Assembly: GCF_009914755.1 (NCBI RefSeq)
Contig: NC_060943.1
Length of the DNA: 64,000 nucleotides
Source of the DNA: the human T2T-CHM13v2.0 reference genome, Homo sapiens
Strand: one strand, 5' to 3'
Positions 23,001-38,700 of this stretch are shown one piece after another. A program made the position numbers and the translations under genes. Within the stretch, counting starts at the first letter, position 1; every line of letters starts with the position of its first letter. Below the pieces are notes generated by a model. That model was not told where the DNA came from and did not search any database. It worked only from the letters and a program-made list of their open reading frames with translations.

Positions 23001-26000
23001 TCTTCCAATAGAAACTAGACTGAAGCATTCTCAGCAACTTCTTGGTGACGTTTGCATTCATCTCACAGTGTTGAACATACCTTTCCATAGAGTGGTTTTG
23101 AAACACTGTTTTTGTAGAATCGGCAAGTGGATATTTGGACTGCTTTCAGGCCTTCATCGGAAACGGGAATATCTTCACATAAACACCAGAGAGAAGCATT
23201 CTCAGAAACTTCTTTGTCATCTGTCCATTCAACTCACAGAGTTGAACCTTCCTTTTTATGGAGCAGTTTTGAAACACTCCTTTTGGAGAATCTGCAAGTG
23301 GATATTTGGAGCGCTTTGAGGCCTATGGTAGAAAAAGAAATATCTGCCTCTAAAAACCAGACAGAAGCATTCCGAGAAACTTCTTTGTGATGTTTGCATT
23401 CAACTAGCAGAGTTGAACCTTCCTTTTGATAGGGCAGTTTGGAAACACTCTTTTTGTAGAATCTGCATGTGGATATCTGGAGCGGTTTGAGGCCTACGGT
23501 CAAAAAGGAAATATCTTCCTGGGAAAAATAGACGAAAGCATTCTCAGAAAGTGCTTTGTGATATGTGCATTCGACTCACCGAGTTGAAACTTTTTTTTGA
23601 TAGAGCAGTTTTGAAACACTCTGTAGAATCTGAAAGTGGATAGTTGGAGCTCTTTGACGGCTATGGCGGAAAAGAAAATATATTCACATTAAAGTAGACA
23701 GCAGCATTCTCAGAAACTTCTTTAGGATGTTTGCAGTAAACTCACAGAGTTGAACCTACCTTTCCGTAGAGCAGTTTTGAAACACTCTGTTTGTGGGATC
23801 CGCAAGGGGATATTTGGACCGCTTTGAGACCTTTGCTGGAAATGGGAATATCTTCACATATAAACTAGACAGAAGCATTCTCAGAAACTTCTTCGTGATG
23901 TGTGCATTCTCCTCCCGAATTTGAATCTTCCTTTTCATGAAGCAGTTTTGAAACACTCTGTTTGTGCAATCCACAATTGGATAATTGGAACGCTTTGATG
24001 CCCATGGTAGAAAAGGAAATATCCTCATATAAAAACTAGACAGAAGGATTCACAGAAAATGCTTTGTGATGTGTGCATTCAAATCACGGAGTTGAATCTT
24101 TCTTTTGTCAGAGCAGTTTTGAAACACTGTTTCTGTGGAATCTGCCAGCGGACACTTGGAGCGCTTTGAGGGCTACGGTGGAGAAGGAAATATCTTCCCA
24201 TAAAAACTAGAAAGAAGCATTCTCAGAAACATTTATGTGAAGCGTGCATTCAACTCACAGAGTTGAACCTTCCTTTTGATACAACAGTTTTGAAACACTC
24301 TTTTGAACAATTGCAGGTGAATCTTTGGAGCGCTTTGAAGCCTTTGTTGGAAATGGGAATATCTTCACACACAAACTAGCCAGAAGCATTCTCAGAAACT
24401 TCTTTGTGATGTGTGCGTTGAACCCAGAGAGATGAACTTTTCCTTTGATAGAGCAGTTTTGAAACGTGTTTTTGTAAGATCGGCAAGTGGATAATTGGCT
24501 TCGCTTTGTGTCCTTTGTTGGAAACGGGAATATCTTCTAATAAAAACTAGACAGAAATATTCTCAGAATCTCCTTTGTGATGTGGGCATTCAACTAACAC
24601 AGTTGAACATTTCTTTTCACAGAGCAGTTTTGAAACACTCTTTTGGTAGAATCTGCCAGTGGATATTTGGAGCGCTTGGAGGGCTATTGTGCCAATGGAA
24701 ATATCTGCCCCTGAAAACTAGACAGAAGCATTCTCAGAAACTACTTCGTGATGTCTGCATTCAACACACAGAGTTGAACATACCTCTTCACAGAGCAGTT
24801 TTGAAAACCTCTTTCTGTAGAATCTGCAAGTGGATATTCGGACCACTTTGAGGCCTTCATAGGAAACAGTAATATCTTCACATAAAAACTAGATAGAAGC
24901 ATTGTCAGAAAGTTCTTTGTGATGTGTGAATTCAACTCACAGAGTTGAACCTTCCTTTAATAGAGCAGTTTTGAAACACTCTTTTTCTAGAATCTGCAAG
25001 TAGATATTTGGAGCGCTTTGAGGCCTTCGTTGGAAACCGGAATATCTTCACAGGAAAAGTAGATAGAGGCATTCTCAGAAACTTTTTTGTGATATGTAGA
25101 CTCAACTCACAGCATTGAACCTTTCTTTGGATGGAGCAGTTTTGAAAAACTCTTTTATCGAATCTGCAGGTAGACATTTGGGGTGCTTTGAGGGCTGTGG
25201 TGCAAAAGGAAATGTCTTCCCATAGAAACTAGACTGAAGCATTCTCAGCAACTTCTTGGTGACGTTTGCATTCATCTCACAGTGTTGAACATACCTTTCC
25301 ATAGAGTGGTTTTGAAACACTGTTTTTGTAGAATCGGCAAGTGGATATTTGGACTGCTTTGAGGCCTTCATCGGAAACGGGAATATCTTCACATAAACAC
25401 TAGAGAGAAGCATTCTCAGAAACTTCTTTGTGATCTGTCCATTCAACTCACAGAGTTGAACCTTCCTTTTTATGGAGCAGTTTTGAAACACTCCTTTTGG
25501 AGAATCTGCAAGTGGATATTTGGAGCGCTTTGAGGCCTATGGTAGAAAAAGAAATATCTGCCTCTAAAAACCAGACAGAAGCATTCCGAGAAACTTCTTT
25601 GTGATGTTTGCATTCAACTAGCAGAGTTGAACCTTCCTTTTGATAGGGCAGTTTGGAAACACTCTTTTTGTAGAATCTGCATGTGGATATCTGGAGCGGT
25701 TTGAGGCCTACGGTCAAAAAGGAAATATCTTCCTGGGAAAAATAGACGAAAGCATTCTCAGAAAGTGCTTTGTGATATGTGCATTCGACTCACCGAGTTG
25801 AAACTTTTTTTTGATAGAGCAGTTTTGAAACACTCTGTAGAATCTGAAAGTGGATAGTTGGAGCTCTTTGACGGCTATGGCGGAAAAGAAAATATATTCA
25901 CATTAAAGTAGACAGCAGCATTCTCAGAAACTTCTTTAGGATGTTTGCAGTAAACTCACAGAGTTGAACCTACCTTTCCGTAGAGCAGTTTTGAAACACT

Positions 26001-28578
26001 CTGTTTGTGGGATCCGCAAGGGGATATTTGGACCGCTTTGAGACCTTTGCTGGAAATGGGAATATCTTCACATATAAACTAGACAGAAGCATTCTCAGAA
26101 ACTTCTTCGTGATGTGTGCATTCTCCTCCCGAATTTGAATCTTCCTTTTCATGAAGCAGTTTTGAAACACTCTGTTTGTGCAATCCACAATTGGATAATT
26201 GGAACGCTTTGATGCCCATGGTAGAAAAGGAAATATCCTCATATAAAAACTAGACAGAAGGATTCACAGAAAATGCTTTGTGATGTGTGCATTCAAATCA
26301 CGGAGTTGAATCTTTCTTTTGTCAGAGCAGTTTTGAAACACTGTTTCTGTGGAATCTGCCAGCGGACACTTGGAGCGCTTTGAGGGCTACGGTGGAGAAG
26401 GAAATATCTTCCCATAAAAACTAGAAAGAAGCATTCTCAGAAACATTTATGTGAAGCGTGCATTCAACTCACAGAGTTGAACCTTCCTTTTGATACAACA
26501 GTTTTGAAACACTCTTTTGAACAATTGCAGGTGAATCTTTGGAGCGCTTTGAAGCCTTTGTTGGAAATGGGAATATCTTCACACACAAACTAGCCAGAAG
26601 CATTCTCAGAAACTTCTTTGTGATGTGTGCGTTGAACCCAGAGAGATGAACCTTTCCTTTGATAGAGCAGTTTTGAAACGTGTTTTTGTAAGATCGGCAA
26701 GTGGATAATTGGCTTCGCTTTGTGTCCTTTGGTGGAAACGGGAATATCTTCTAATAAAAACTAGACAGAAATATTCTCAGAATCTCCTTTGTGATGTGGG
26801 CATTCAACTAACACAGTTGAACATTTCTTTTCACAGAGCAGTTTTGAAACACTCTTTTGGTAGAATCTGCCAGTGGATATTTGGAGCGCTTGGAGGGCTA
26901 TTGTGCCAATGGAAATATCTGCCCCTGAAAACTAGACAGAAGCATTCTCAGAAACTACTTCGTGATGTCTGCATTCAACACACAGAGTTGAACATACCTC
27001 TTCACAGAGCAGTTTTGAAAACCTCTTTCTGTAGAATCTGCAAGTGGATATTCGGACCACTTTGAGGCCTTCATAGGAAACAGTAATATCTTCACATAAA
27101 AACTAGATAGAAGCATTGTCAGAAAGTTCTTTGTGATGTGTGAATTCAACTCACAGAGTTGAACCTTCCTTTAATAGAGCAGTTTTGAAACACTCTTTTT
27201 CTAGAATCTGCAAGTAGATATTTGGAGCGCTTTGAGGCCTTCGTTGGAAACCGGAATATCTTCACAGGAAAAGTAGATAGAGGCATTCTCAGAAACTTTT
27301 TTGTGATATGTAGATTCAACTCACAGCGTTGAACCTTTCTTTGGATGGAGCAGTTTTGAAAAACTCTTTTATCGAATCTGCAGGTAGACATTTGGGGTGC
27401 TTTGAGGGCTGTGGTGCAAAAGGAAATGTCTTCCCATAGAAACTAGACTGAAGCATTCTCAGCAACTTCTTGGTGACGTTTGCATTCATCTCACAGTGTT
27501 GAACATACCTTTCCATAGAGTGGTTTTGAAACACTGTTTTTGTAGAATCGGCAAGTGGATATTTGGACTGCTTTGAGGCCTTCATCGGAAACGGGAATAT
27601 CTTCACATAAACACTAGAGAGAAGCATTCTCAGAAACTTCTTTGTGATCTGTCCATTCAACTCACAGAGTTGAACCTTCCTTTTTATGGAGCAGTTTTGA
27701 AACACTCCTTTTGGAGAATCTGCAAGTGGATATTTGGAGCGCTTTGAGGCCTATGGTAGAAAAAGAAATATCTGCCTCTAAAAACCAGACAGAAGCATTC
27801 CGAGAAACTTCTTTGTGATGTTTGCATTCAACTAGCAGAGTTGAACCTTCCTTTTGATAGGGCAGTTTGGAAACACTCTTTTTGTAGAATCTGCATGTGG
27901 ATATCTGGAGCGGTTTGAGGCCTACGGTCAAAAAGGAAATATCTTCCTGGGAAAAATAGACGAAAGCATTCTCAGAAAGTGCTTTGTGATATGTGCATTC
28001 GACTCACCGAGTTGAAACTTTTTTTTGATAGAGCAGTTTTGAAACACTCTGTAGAATCTGAAAGTGGATAGTTGGAGCTCTTTGACGGCTATGGCGGAAA
28101 AGAAAATATATTCACATTAAAGTAGACAGCAGCATTCTCAGAAACTTCTTTAGGATGTTTGCAGTAAACTCACAGAGTTGAACCTACCTTTCCGTAGAGC
28201 AGTTTTGAAACACTCTGTTTGTGGGATCCGCAAGGGGATATTTGGACCGCTTTGAGACCTTTGCTGGAAATGGGAATATCTTCACATATAAACTAGACAG
28301 AAGCATTCTCAGAAACTTCTTCGTGATGTGTGCATTCTCCTCCCGAATTTGAATCTTCCTTTTCATGAAGCAGTTTTGAAACACTCTGTTTGTGCAATCC
28401 ACAATTGGATAATTGGAACGCTTTGATGCCCATGGTAGAAAAGGAAATATCCTCATATAAAAACTAGACAGAAGGATTCACAGAAAATGCTTTGTGATGT
28501 GTGCATTCAAATCACGGAGTTGAATCTTTCTTTTGTCAGAGCAGTTTTGAAACACTGTTTCTGTGGAATCTGCCAGCG
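20100..28578 (+). repeat. Copy 1 of an intra-array segmental duplication (U10-U13)
   Basis: Shares many rare variants, including a 1-bp deletion at ~21000, with 55520-64000 at a 35,422 bp offset. The left edge is approximate. Confidence 0.9.
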
Positions 28579-31500
28579 GACACTTGGAGCGCTTTGAGGG
28601 CTACGGTGGAGAAGGAAATATCTTCCCATAAAAACTAGAAAGAAGCATTCTCAGAAACATTTATGTGAAGCGTGCATTCAACTCACAGAGTTGAACCTTC
28701 CTTTTGATACAACAGTTTTGAAACACTCTTTTGAACAATTGCAGGTGAATCTTTGGAGCGCTTTGAAGCCTTTGTTGGAAATGGGAATATCTTCACACAC
28801 AAACTAGCCAGAAGAATTCTCAGAAACTTCTTTGTGATGTGTGCGTTGAACCCAGAGAGATGAACCTTTCCTTTGATAGAGCAGTTTTGAAACGTGTTTT
28901 TGTAAGATCGGCAAGCGGATAATTGGCTTCGCTTTGTGTCCTTTGGTGGAAACGGGAATATCTTCTAATAAAAACTAGACAGAAATATTCTCAGAATCTC
29001 CTTTGTGATGTGGGCATTCAACTAACACAGTTGAACATTTCTTTTCACAGAGCAGTTTTGAAACACTCTTTTGGTAGAATCTGCCAGTGGATATTTGGAG
29101 CGCTTGGAGGGCTATTGTGCCAATGGAAATATCTGCCCCTGAAAACTAGACAGAAGCATTCTCAGAAACTACTTCGTCATGTCTGCATTCAACACACAGA
29201 GTTGAACATACCTCTTCACAGAGCAGTTTTGAAAACCTCTTTCTGTAGAATCTGCAAGTGGATATTCGGACCACTTTGAGGCCTTCATAGGAAAGAGTAA
29301 TATCTTCACATAAAAACTAGATAGAAGCATTGTCAGAAAGTTCTTTGTGATGTGTGAATTCAACTCACAGAGTTGAACCTTCCTTTAATAGAGCAGTTTT
29401 GAAACACTCTTTTTCTAGAATCTGCAAGTAGATATTTGGAGCGCTTTGAGGCCTTCGTTGGAAACCGGAATATCTTCACAGGAAAAGTAGATAGAGGCAT
29501 TCTCAGAAACTTTTTTGTGATATGTAGATTCAACTCACAGCGTTGAACCTTTCTTTGGATGGAGCAGTTTTGAAAAACTCTTTTATCGAATCTGCAGGTA
29601 GACATTTGGGGTGCTTTGAGGGCTGTGGTGCAAAAGGAAATGTCTTCCCATAGAAACTAGACTGAAGCATTCTCAGCAACTTCTTGGTGACGTTTGCATT
29701 CATCTCACAGTGTTGAACATACCTTTCCATAGAGTGGTTTTGAAACACTGTTTTTGTAGAATCGGCAAGTGGATATTTGGACTGCTTTGAGGCCTTCATC
29801 GGAAACGGGAATATCTTCACATAAACACTAGAGAGAAGCATTCTCAGAAACTTCTTTGTCATCTGTCCATTCAACTCACAGAGTTGAACCTTCCTTTTTA
29901 TGGAGCAGTTTTGAAACACTCCTTTTGGAGAATCTGCAAGTGGATATTTGGAGCGCTTTGAGGCCTATGGTAGAAAAAGAAATATCTGCCTCTAAAAACC
30001 AGACAGAAGCATTCCGAGAAACTTCTTTGTGATGTTTGCATTCAACTAGCAGAGTTGAACCTTCCTTTTGATAGGGCAGTTTGGAAACACTCTTTTTGTA
30101 GAATCTGCATGTGGATATCTGGAGCGGTTTGAGGCCTACGGTCAAAAAGGAAATATCTTCCTGGGAAAAATAGACGAAAGCATTCTCAGAAAGTGCTTTG
30201 TGATATGTGCATTCGACTCACCGAGTTGAAACTTTTTTTTGATAGAGCAGTTTTGAAACACTCTGTAGAATCTGAAAGTGGATATTTGGAGCTCTTTGAG
30301 GGCTATGGCGGAAAAGAAAATATATTCACATTAAAGTAGACAGCAGCATTCTCAGAAACTTCTTTAGGATGTTTGCAGTAAACTCACAGAGTTGAACCTA
30401 CCTTTCCGTAGAGCAGTTTTGAAACACTCTGTTTGTGGGATCCGCAAGGGGATATTTGGACCGCTTTGAGACCTTTGCTGGAAATGGGAATATCTTCACA
30501 TATAAACTAGACAGAAGCATTCTCAGAAACTTCTTCGTGATGTGTGCATTCTCCTCCCGAATTTGAATCTTCCTTTTCATGAAGCAGTTTTGAAACACTC
30601 TGTTTGTGCAATCCACAATTGGATAATTGGAACGCTTTGATGCCCATGGTAGAAAAGGAAATATCCTCATATAAAAACTAGACAGAAGGATTCACAGAAA
30701 ATGCTTTGTGATGTGTCCATTCAAATCACAGAGTTGAATCTTTCTTTTGTCAGAGCAGTTTTGAAACACTGTTACTGTGGAATCTGCCAGCGGACACTTG
30801 GAGCGCTTTGAGGGCTATGGTGGAGAAGGAAATATCTTCACATAAAAACTAGAAAGAAGCATTCTCAGAAACATTTATGTGAAGCGTGCATTCAACTCAC
30901 AGAGTTGAACCTTCCTTTTGATACAACAGTTTTGAAACACTCTTTGGAACAATTGCAGGTGAATCTTTGGAGCGCTTTGAAGCCTTTGTTGGAAATGGGA
31001 ATATCTTCACACACAAACTAGCCAGAAGCATTCCCAGAAACTTCTTTGTGATGTGTGCGTTGAACCCAGAGAGATGAACCTTTCCTTTGATAGAGCAGTT
31101 TTGAAACGTGTTTTTGTAAGATCGGCAAGCGGATAATTGGCTTCGCTTTGTGTCCTTTGGTGGAAACGGGAATATCTTCTAATAAAAACTAGACAGAAAT
31201 ATTCTCAGAATCTCCTTTGTGATGTGGGCATTCAACTAACACAGTTGAACATTTCTTTTCACAGAGCAGTTTTGAAACACTCTTTTGGTAGAATCTGCCA
31301 GTGGATATTTGGAGCGCTTGGAGGGCTATTGTGCCAATGGAAATATCTGCCCCTGAAAACTAGACAGAAGCATTCTCAGAAACTACTTCGTGATGTCTGC
31401 ATTCAACACACAGAGTTGAACATACCTCTTCACAGAGCAGTTTTGAAAACCTCTTTCTGTAGAATCTGCAAGTGGATATTCGGACCACTTTGAGGCCTTC

Positions 31501-32749
31501 ATAGGAAACAGTAATATCTTCACATAAAAACTAGATAGAAGCATTGTCAGAAAGTTCTTTGTGATGTGTGAATTCAACTCACAGAGTTGAACCTTCCTTT
31601 AATAGAGCAGTTTTGAAACACTCTTTTTCTAGAATCTGCAAGTAGATATTTGGAGCGCTTTGAGGCCTTCGTTGGAAACCGGAATATCTTCACAGGAAAA
31701 GTAGATAGAGGCATTCTCAGAAACTTTTTTGTGATATGTAGATTCAACTCACAGCGTTGAACCTTTCTTTGGATGGAGCAGTTTTGAAAAACTCTTTTAT
31801 CGAATCTGCAGGTAGACATTTGGGGTGCTTTGAGGGCTGTGGTGCAAAAGGAAATGTCTTCCCATAGAAACTAGACTGAAGCATTCTCAGCAACTTCTTG
31901 GTGACGTTTGCATTCATCTCACAGTGTTGAACATACCTTTCCATAGAGTGGTTTTGAAACACTGTTTTTGTAGAATCGGCAATTGGATATTTGGACTGCT
32001 TTGAGGCCTTCATCGGAAACGGGAATATCTTCACATAAACACTAGAGAGAAGCATTCTCAGAAACTTCTTTGTGATCTGTCCATTCAACTCACAGAGTTG
32101 AACCTTCCTTTTTATGGAGCAGTTTTGAAACACTCCTTTTGGAGAATCTGCAAGTGGATATTTGGAGCGCTTTGAGGCCTATGGTAGAAAAAGAAATATC
32201 TGCCTCTAAAAACCAGACAGAAGCATTCCGAGAAACTTCTTTGTGATGTTTGCATTTAAGTAGCAGAGTTGAACCTTCCTTTTGATAGGGCAGTTTGGAA
32301 ACACTCTTTTTGTAGAATCTGCATGTGGATATCTGGAGCGGTTTGAGGCCTACGGTCAAAAAGGAAATATCTTCCTGGGAAAAATAGACGAAAGCATTCT
32401 CAGAAACTGCTTTGTGATATGTGCATTCGACTCACCGAGTTGAAACTTTTTTTTGATAGAGCAGTTTTGAAACACTCTGTAGAATCTGAAAGTGGATATT
32501 TGGAGCTCTTTGAGGGCTATGGCGGAAAAGAAAATATATTCACATTAAAGTAGACAGCAGCATTCTCAGAAACTTCTTTAGGATGTTTGCAGTAAACTCA
32601 CAGAGTTGAACCTACCTTTCCGTAGAGCAGTTTTGAAACACTCTGTTTGTGGGATCCGCAAGTGGATATTTGGACCGCTTTGAGACCTTTGCTGGAAATG
32701 GGAATATCTTCACATATAAACTAGACAGAAGCATTCTCAGAAACTTCTT

Positions 32750-35700
32750 CATGATGTGTGCATTCTCCTCCCGAATTTGAATCTTCCTTTTCATGAAGCA
32801 GTTTTGAAACACTCTGTTTGTGCAATCCACAATTGGATAATTGGAACGCTTTGATGCCCATGGTAGAAAAGGAAATATCCTCATATAAAAACTAGACAGA
32901 AGGATTCACAGAAAATGCTTTGTGATGTGTGCATTCAAATCACGGAGTTGAATCTTTCTTTTGTCAGAGCAGTTTTGAAACACTGTTACTGTGGAATCTT
33001 CCAGCGGACACTTGGAGCGCTTTGAGGGCTATGGTGGAGAAGGAAATATCTTCACATAAAAACTAGAAAGAAGCATTCTCAGAAACATTTATGTGAAGCG
33101 TGCATTCAACTCACAGAGTTGAACCTTCCTTTTGATACAACAGTTTTGAAACACTCTTTGGAACAATTGCAGGTGAATCTTTGGAGCGCTTTGAAGCCTT
33201 TGTTGGAAATGGGAATATCTTCACACACAAACTAGCCAGAAGCATTCCCAGAAACTTCTTTGTGATGTGTGCGTTGAACCCAGAGAGATGAACCTTTCCT
33301 TTGATAGAGCAGTTTTGAAACGTGTTTTTGTAAGATCGGCAAGCGGATAATTGGCTTCGCTTTGTGTCCTTTGTTGGAAACGGGAATATCTTCTAATAAA
33401 AACTAGACAGAAATATTCTCAGAATCTCCTTTGTGATGTGGGCATTCAACTAACACAGTTGAACATTTCTTTTCACAGAGCAGTTTTGAAACACTCTTTT
33501 GGTAGAATCTGCCAGTGGATATTTGGAGCGCTTGGAGGGCTATTGTGCCAATGGAAACATCTGCCCCTGAAAACTAGACAGAAGCATTCTCAGAAACTAC
33601 TTCGTGATGTCTGCATTCAACACACAGAGTTGAACATACCTCTTCACAGAGCAGTTTTGAAAACCTCTTTCTGTAGAATCTGCAAGTGGATATTCGGACC
33701 ACTTTGAGGCCTTCATAGGAAACAGTAATATCTTCACATAAAAACTAGATAGAAGCATTGTCAGAAACTTCTTTGTGATGTGTGAATTCAACTCACAGAG
33801 TTGAACCTTCCTTTAATAGAGCAGTTGTGAAACACTCTTTTTCTAGAATCTGCAAGTAGATATTTGGAGCGCTTTGAGGCCTTCGTTGGAAACCGGAATA
33901 TCTTCACAGGAAAAGTAGATAGAGGCATTCTCAGAAACTTTTTTGTGATATGTAGATTCAACTCACAGCGTTGAACCTTTCTTTGGATGGAGCAGTTTTG
34001 AAAAACTCTTTTATCGAATCTGCAGGTAGACATTTGGGGTGCTTTGAGGGCTGTGGTGCAAAAGGAAATGTCTTCCCATAGAAACTAGACTGAAGCATTC
34101 TCAGCAACTTCTTGGTGACGTTTGCATTCATCTCACAGTGTTGAACATACCTTTCCATAGAGTGGTTTTGAAACACTGTTTTTGTAGAATCGGCAAGTGG
34201 ATATTTGGACTGCTTTCAGGCCTTCATCGGAAACGGGAATATCTTCACATAAACACTAGAGAGAAGCATTCTCAGAAACTTCTTTGTCATCTGTCCATTC
34301 AACTCACAGAGTTGAACCTTCCTTTTTATGGAGCAGTTTTGAAACACTCCTTTTGGAGAATCTGCAAGTGGATATTTGGAGCGCTTTGAGGCCTATGGTA
34401 GAAAAAGAAATATCTGCCTCTAAAAACCAGACAGAAGCATTCCGAGAAACTTCTTTGTGATGTTTGCATTCAACTAGCAGAGTTGAACCTTCCTTTTGAT
34501 AGGGCAGTTTGGAAACACTCTTTTTGTAGAATCTGCATGTGGATATCTGGAGCGGTTTGAGGCCTACGGTCAAAAAGGAAATATCTTCCTGGGAAAAATA
34601 GACGAAAGCATTCTCAGAAAGTGCTTTGTGATATGTGCATTCGACTCACCGAGTTGAAACTTTTTTTTGATAGAGCAGTTTTGAAACACTCTGTAGAATC
34701 TGAAAGTGGATAGTTGGAGCTCTTTGACGGCTATGGCGGAAAAGAAAATATATTCACATTAAAGTAGACAGCAGCATTCTCAGAAACTTCTTTAGGATGT
34801 TTGCAGTAAACTCACAGAGTTGAACCTACCTTTCCGTAGAGCAGTTTTGAAACACTCTGTTTGTGGGATCCGCAAGTGGATATTTGGACCGCTTTGAGAC
34901 CTTTGCTGGAAATGGGAATATCTTCACATATAAACTAGACAGAAGCATTCTCAGAAACTTCTTCATGATGTGTGCATTCTCCTCCCGAATTTGAATCTTC
35001 CTTTTCATGAAGCAGTTTTGAAACACTCTGTTTGTGCAATCCACAATTGGATAATTGGAACGCTTTGATGCCCATGGTAGAAAAGGAAATATCCTCATAT
35101 AAAAACTAGACAGAAGGATTCACAGAAAATGCTTTGTGATGTGTGCATTCAAATCACGGAGTTGAATCTTTCTTTTGTCAGAGCAGTTTTGAAACACTGT
35201 TACTGTGGAATCTTCCAGCGGACACTTGGAGCGCTTTGAGGGCTATGGTGGAGAAGGAAATATCTTCACATAAAAACTAGAAAGAAGCATTCTCAGAAAC
35301 ATTTATGTGAAGCGTGCATTCAACTCACAGAGTTGAACCTTCCTTTTGATACAACAGTTTTGAAACACTCTTTGGAACAATTGCAGGTGAATCTTTGGAG
35401 CGCTTTGAAGCCTTTGTTGGAAATGGGAATATCTTCACACACAAACTAGCCAGAAGCATTCCCAGAAACTTCTTTGTGATGTGTGCGTTGAACCCAGAGA
35501 GATGAACCTTTCCTTTGATAGAGCAGTTTTGAAACGTGTTTTTGTAAGATCGGCAAGCGGATAATTGGCTTCGCTTTGTGTCCTTTGTTGGAAACGGGAA
35601 TATCTTCTAATAAAAACTAGACAGAAATATTCTCAGAATCTCCTTTGTGATGTGGGCATTCAACTAACACAGTTGAACATTTCTTTTCACAGAGCAGTTT

Positions 35701-38700
35701 TGAAACACTCTTTTGGTAGAATCTGCCAGTGGATATTTGGAGCGCTTGGAGGGCTATTGTGCCAATGGAAACATCTGCCCCTGAAAACTAGACAGAAGCA
35801 TTCTCAGAAACTACTTCGTGATGTCTGCATTCAACACACAGAGTTGAACATACCTCTTCACAGAGCAGTTTTGAAAACCTCTTTCTGTAGAATCTGCAAG
35901 TGGATATTCGGACCACTTTGAGGCCTTCATAGGAAACAGTAATATCTTCACATAAAAACTAGATAGAAGCATTGTCAGAAACTTCTTTGTGATGTGTGAA
36001 TTCAACTCACAGAGTTGAACCTTCCTTTAATAGAGCAGTTGTGAAACACTCTTTTTCTAGAATCTGCAAGTAGATATTTGGAGCGCTTTGAGGCCTTCGT
36101 TGGAAACCGGAATATCTTCACAGGAAAAGTAGATAGAGGCATTCTCAGAAACTTTTTTGTGATATGTAGATTCAACTCACAGCGTTGAACCTTTCTTTGG
36201 ATGGAGCAGTTTTGAAAAACTCTTTTATCGAATCTGCAGGTAGACATTTGGGGTGCTTTGAGGGCTGTGGTGCAAAAGGAAATGTCTTCCCATAGAAACT
36301 AGACTGAAGCATTCTCAGCAACTTCTTGGTGACGTTTGCATTCATCTCACAGTGTTGAACATACCTTTCCATAGAGTGGTTTTGAAACACTGTTTTTGTA
36401 GAATCGGCAAGTGGATATTTGGACTGCTTTCAGGCCTTCATCGGAAACGGGAATATCTTCACATAAACACTAGAGAGAAGCATTCTCAGAAACTTCTTTG
36501 TCATCTGTCCATTCAACTCACAGAGTTGAACCTTCCTTTTTATGGAGCAGTTTTGAAACACTCCTTTTGGAGAATCTGCAAGTGGATATTTGGAGCGCTT
36601 TGAGGCCTATGGTAGAAAAAGAAATATCTGCCTCTAAAAACCAGACAGAAGCATTCCGAGAAACTTCTTTGTGATGTTTGCATTCAACTAGCAGAGTTGA
36701 ACCTTCCTTTTGATAGGGCAGTTTGGAAACACTCTTTTTGTAGAATCTGCATGTGGATATCTGGAGCGGTTTGAGGCCTACGGTCAAAAAGGAAATATCT
36801 TCCTGGGAAAAATAGACGAAAGCATTCTCAGAAAGTGCTTTGTGATATGTGCATTCGACTCACCGAGTTGAAACTTTTTTTTGATAGAGCAGTTTTGAAA
36901 CACTCTGTAGAATCTGAAAGTGGATATTTGGAGCTCTTTGAGGGCTATGGCGGAAAAGAAAATATATTCACATTAAAGTAGACAGCAGCATTCTCAGAAA
37001 CTTCTTTAGGATGTTTGCAGTAAACTCACAGAGTTGAACCTACCTTTCCGTAGAGCAGTTTTGAAACACTCTGTTTGTGGGATCCGCAAGTGGATATTTG
37101 GACCGCTTTGAGACCTTTGCTGGAAATGGGAATATCTTCACATATAAACTAGACAGAAGCATTCTCAGAAACTTCTTCATGATGTGTGCATTCTCCTCCC
37201 GAATTTGAATCTTCCTTTTCATGAAGCAGTTTTGAAACACTCTGTTTGTGCAATCCACAATTGGATAATTGGAACGCTTTGATGCCCATGGTAGAAAAGG
37301 AAATATCCTCATATAAAAACTAGACAGAAGGATTCACAGAAAATGCTTTGTGATGTGTGCATTCAAATCACGGAGTTGAATCTTTCTTTTGTCAGAGCAG
37401 TTTTGAAACACTGTTACTGTGGAATCTTCCAGCGGACACTTGGAGCGCTTTGAGGGCTATGGTGGAGAAGGAAATATCTTCACATAAAAACTAGAAAGAA
37501 GCATTCTCAGAAACATTTATGTGAAGCGTGCATTCAACTCACAGAGTTGAACCTTCCTTTTGATACAACAGTTTTGAAACACTCTTTGGAACAATTGCAG
37601 GTGAATCTTTGGAGCGCTTTGAAGCCTTTGTTGGAAATGGGAATATCTTCACACACAAACTAGCCAGAAGCATTCCCAGAAACTTCTTTGTGATGTGTGC
37701 GTTGAACCCAGAGAGATGAACCTTTCCTTTGATAGAGCAGTTTTGAAACGTGTTTTTGTAAGATCGGCAAGCGGATAATTGGCTTCGCTTTGTGTCCTTT
37801 GTTGGAAACGGGAATATCTTCTAATAAAAACTAGACAGAAATATTCTCAGAATCTCCTTTGTGATGTGGGCATTCAACTAACACAGTTGAACATTTCTTT
37901 TCACAGAGCAGTTTTGAAACACTCTTTTGGTAGAATCTGCCAGTGGATATTTGGAGCGCTTGGAGGGCTATTGTGCCAATGGAAACATCTGCCCCTGAAA
38001 ACTAGACAGAAGCATTCTCAGAAACTACTTCGTGATGTCTGCATTCAACACACAGAGTTGAACATACCTCTTCACAGAGCAGTTTTGAAAACCTCTTTCT
38101 GTAGAATCTGCAAGTGGATATTCGGACCACTTTGAGGCCTTCATAGGAAACAGTAATATCTTCACATAAAAACTAGATAGAAGCATTGTCAGAAACTTCT
38201 TTGTGATGTGTGAATTCAACTCACAGAGTTGAACCTTCCTTTAATAGAGCAGTTGTGAAACACTCTTTTTCTAGAATCTGCAAGTAGATATTTGGAGCGC
38301 TTTGAGGCCTTCGTTGGAAACCGGAATATCTTCACAGGAAAAGTAGATAGAGGCATTCTCAGAAACTTTTTTGTGATATGTAGATTCAACTCACAGCGTT
38401 GAACCTTTCTTTGGATGGAGCAGTTTTGAAAAACTCTTTTATCGAATCTGCAGGTAGACATTTGGGGTGCTTTGAGGGCTGTGGTGCAAAAGGAAATGTC
38501 TTCCCATAGAAACTAGACTGAAGCATTCTCAGCAACTTCTTGGTGACGTTTGCATTCATCTCACAGTGTTGAACATACCTTTCCATAGAGTGGTTTTGAA
38601 ACACTGTTTTTGTAGAATCGGCAAGTGGATATTTGGACTGCTTTCAGGCCTTCATCGGAAACGGGAATATCTTCACATAAACACTAGAGAGAAGCATTCT

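Noticed and set aside
28814-28819. Extra EcoRI site
   Set aside because: It is a single private C>A SNV, useful as a marker but with no biological implication.
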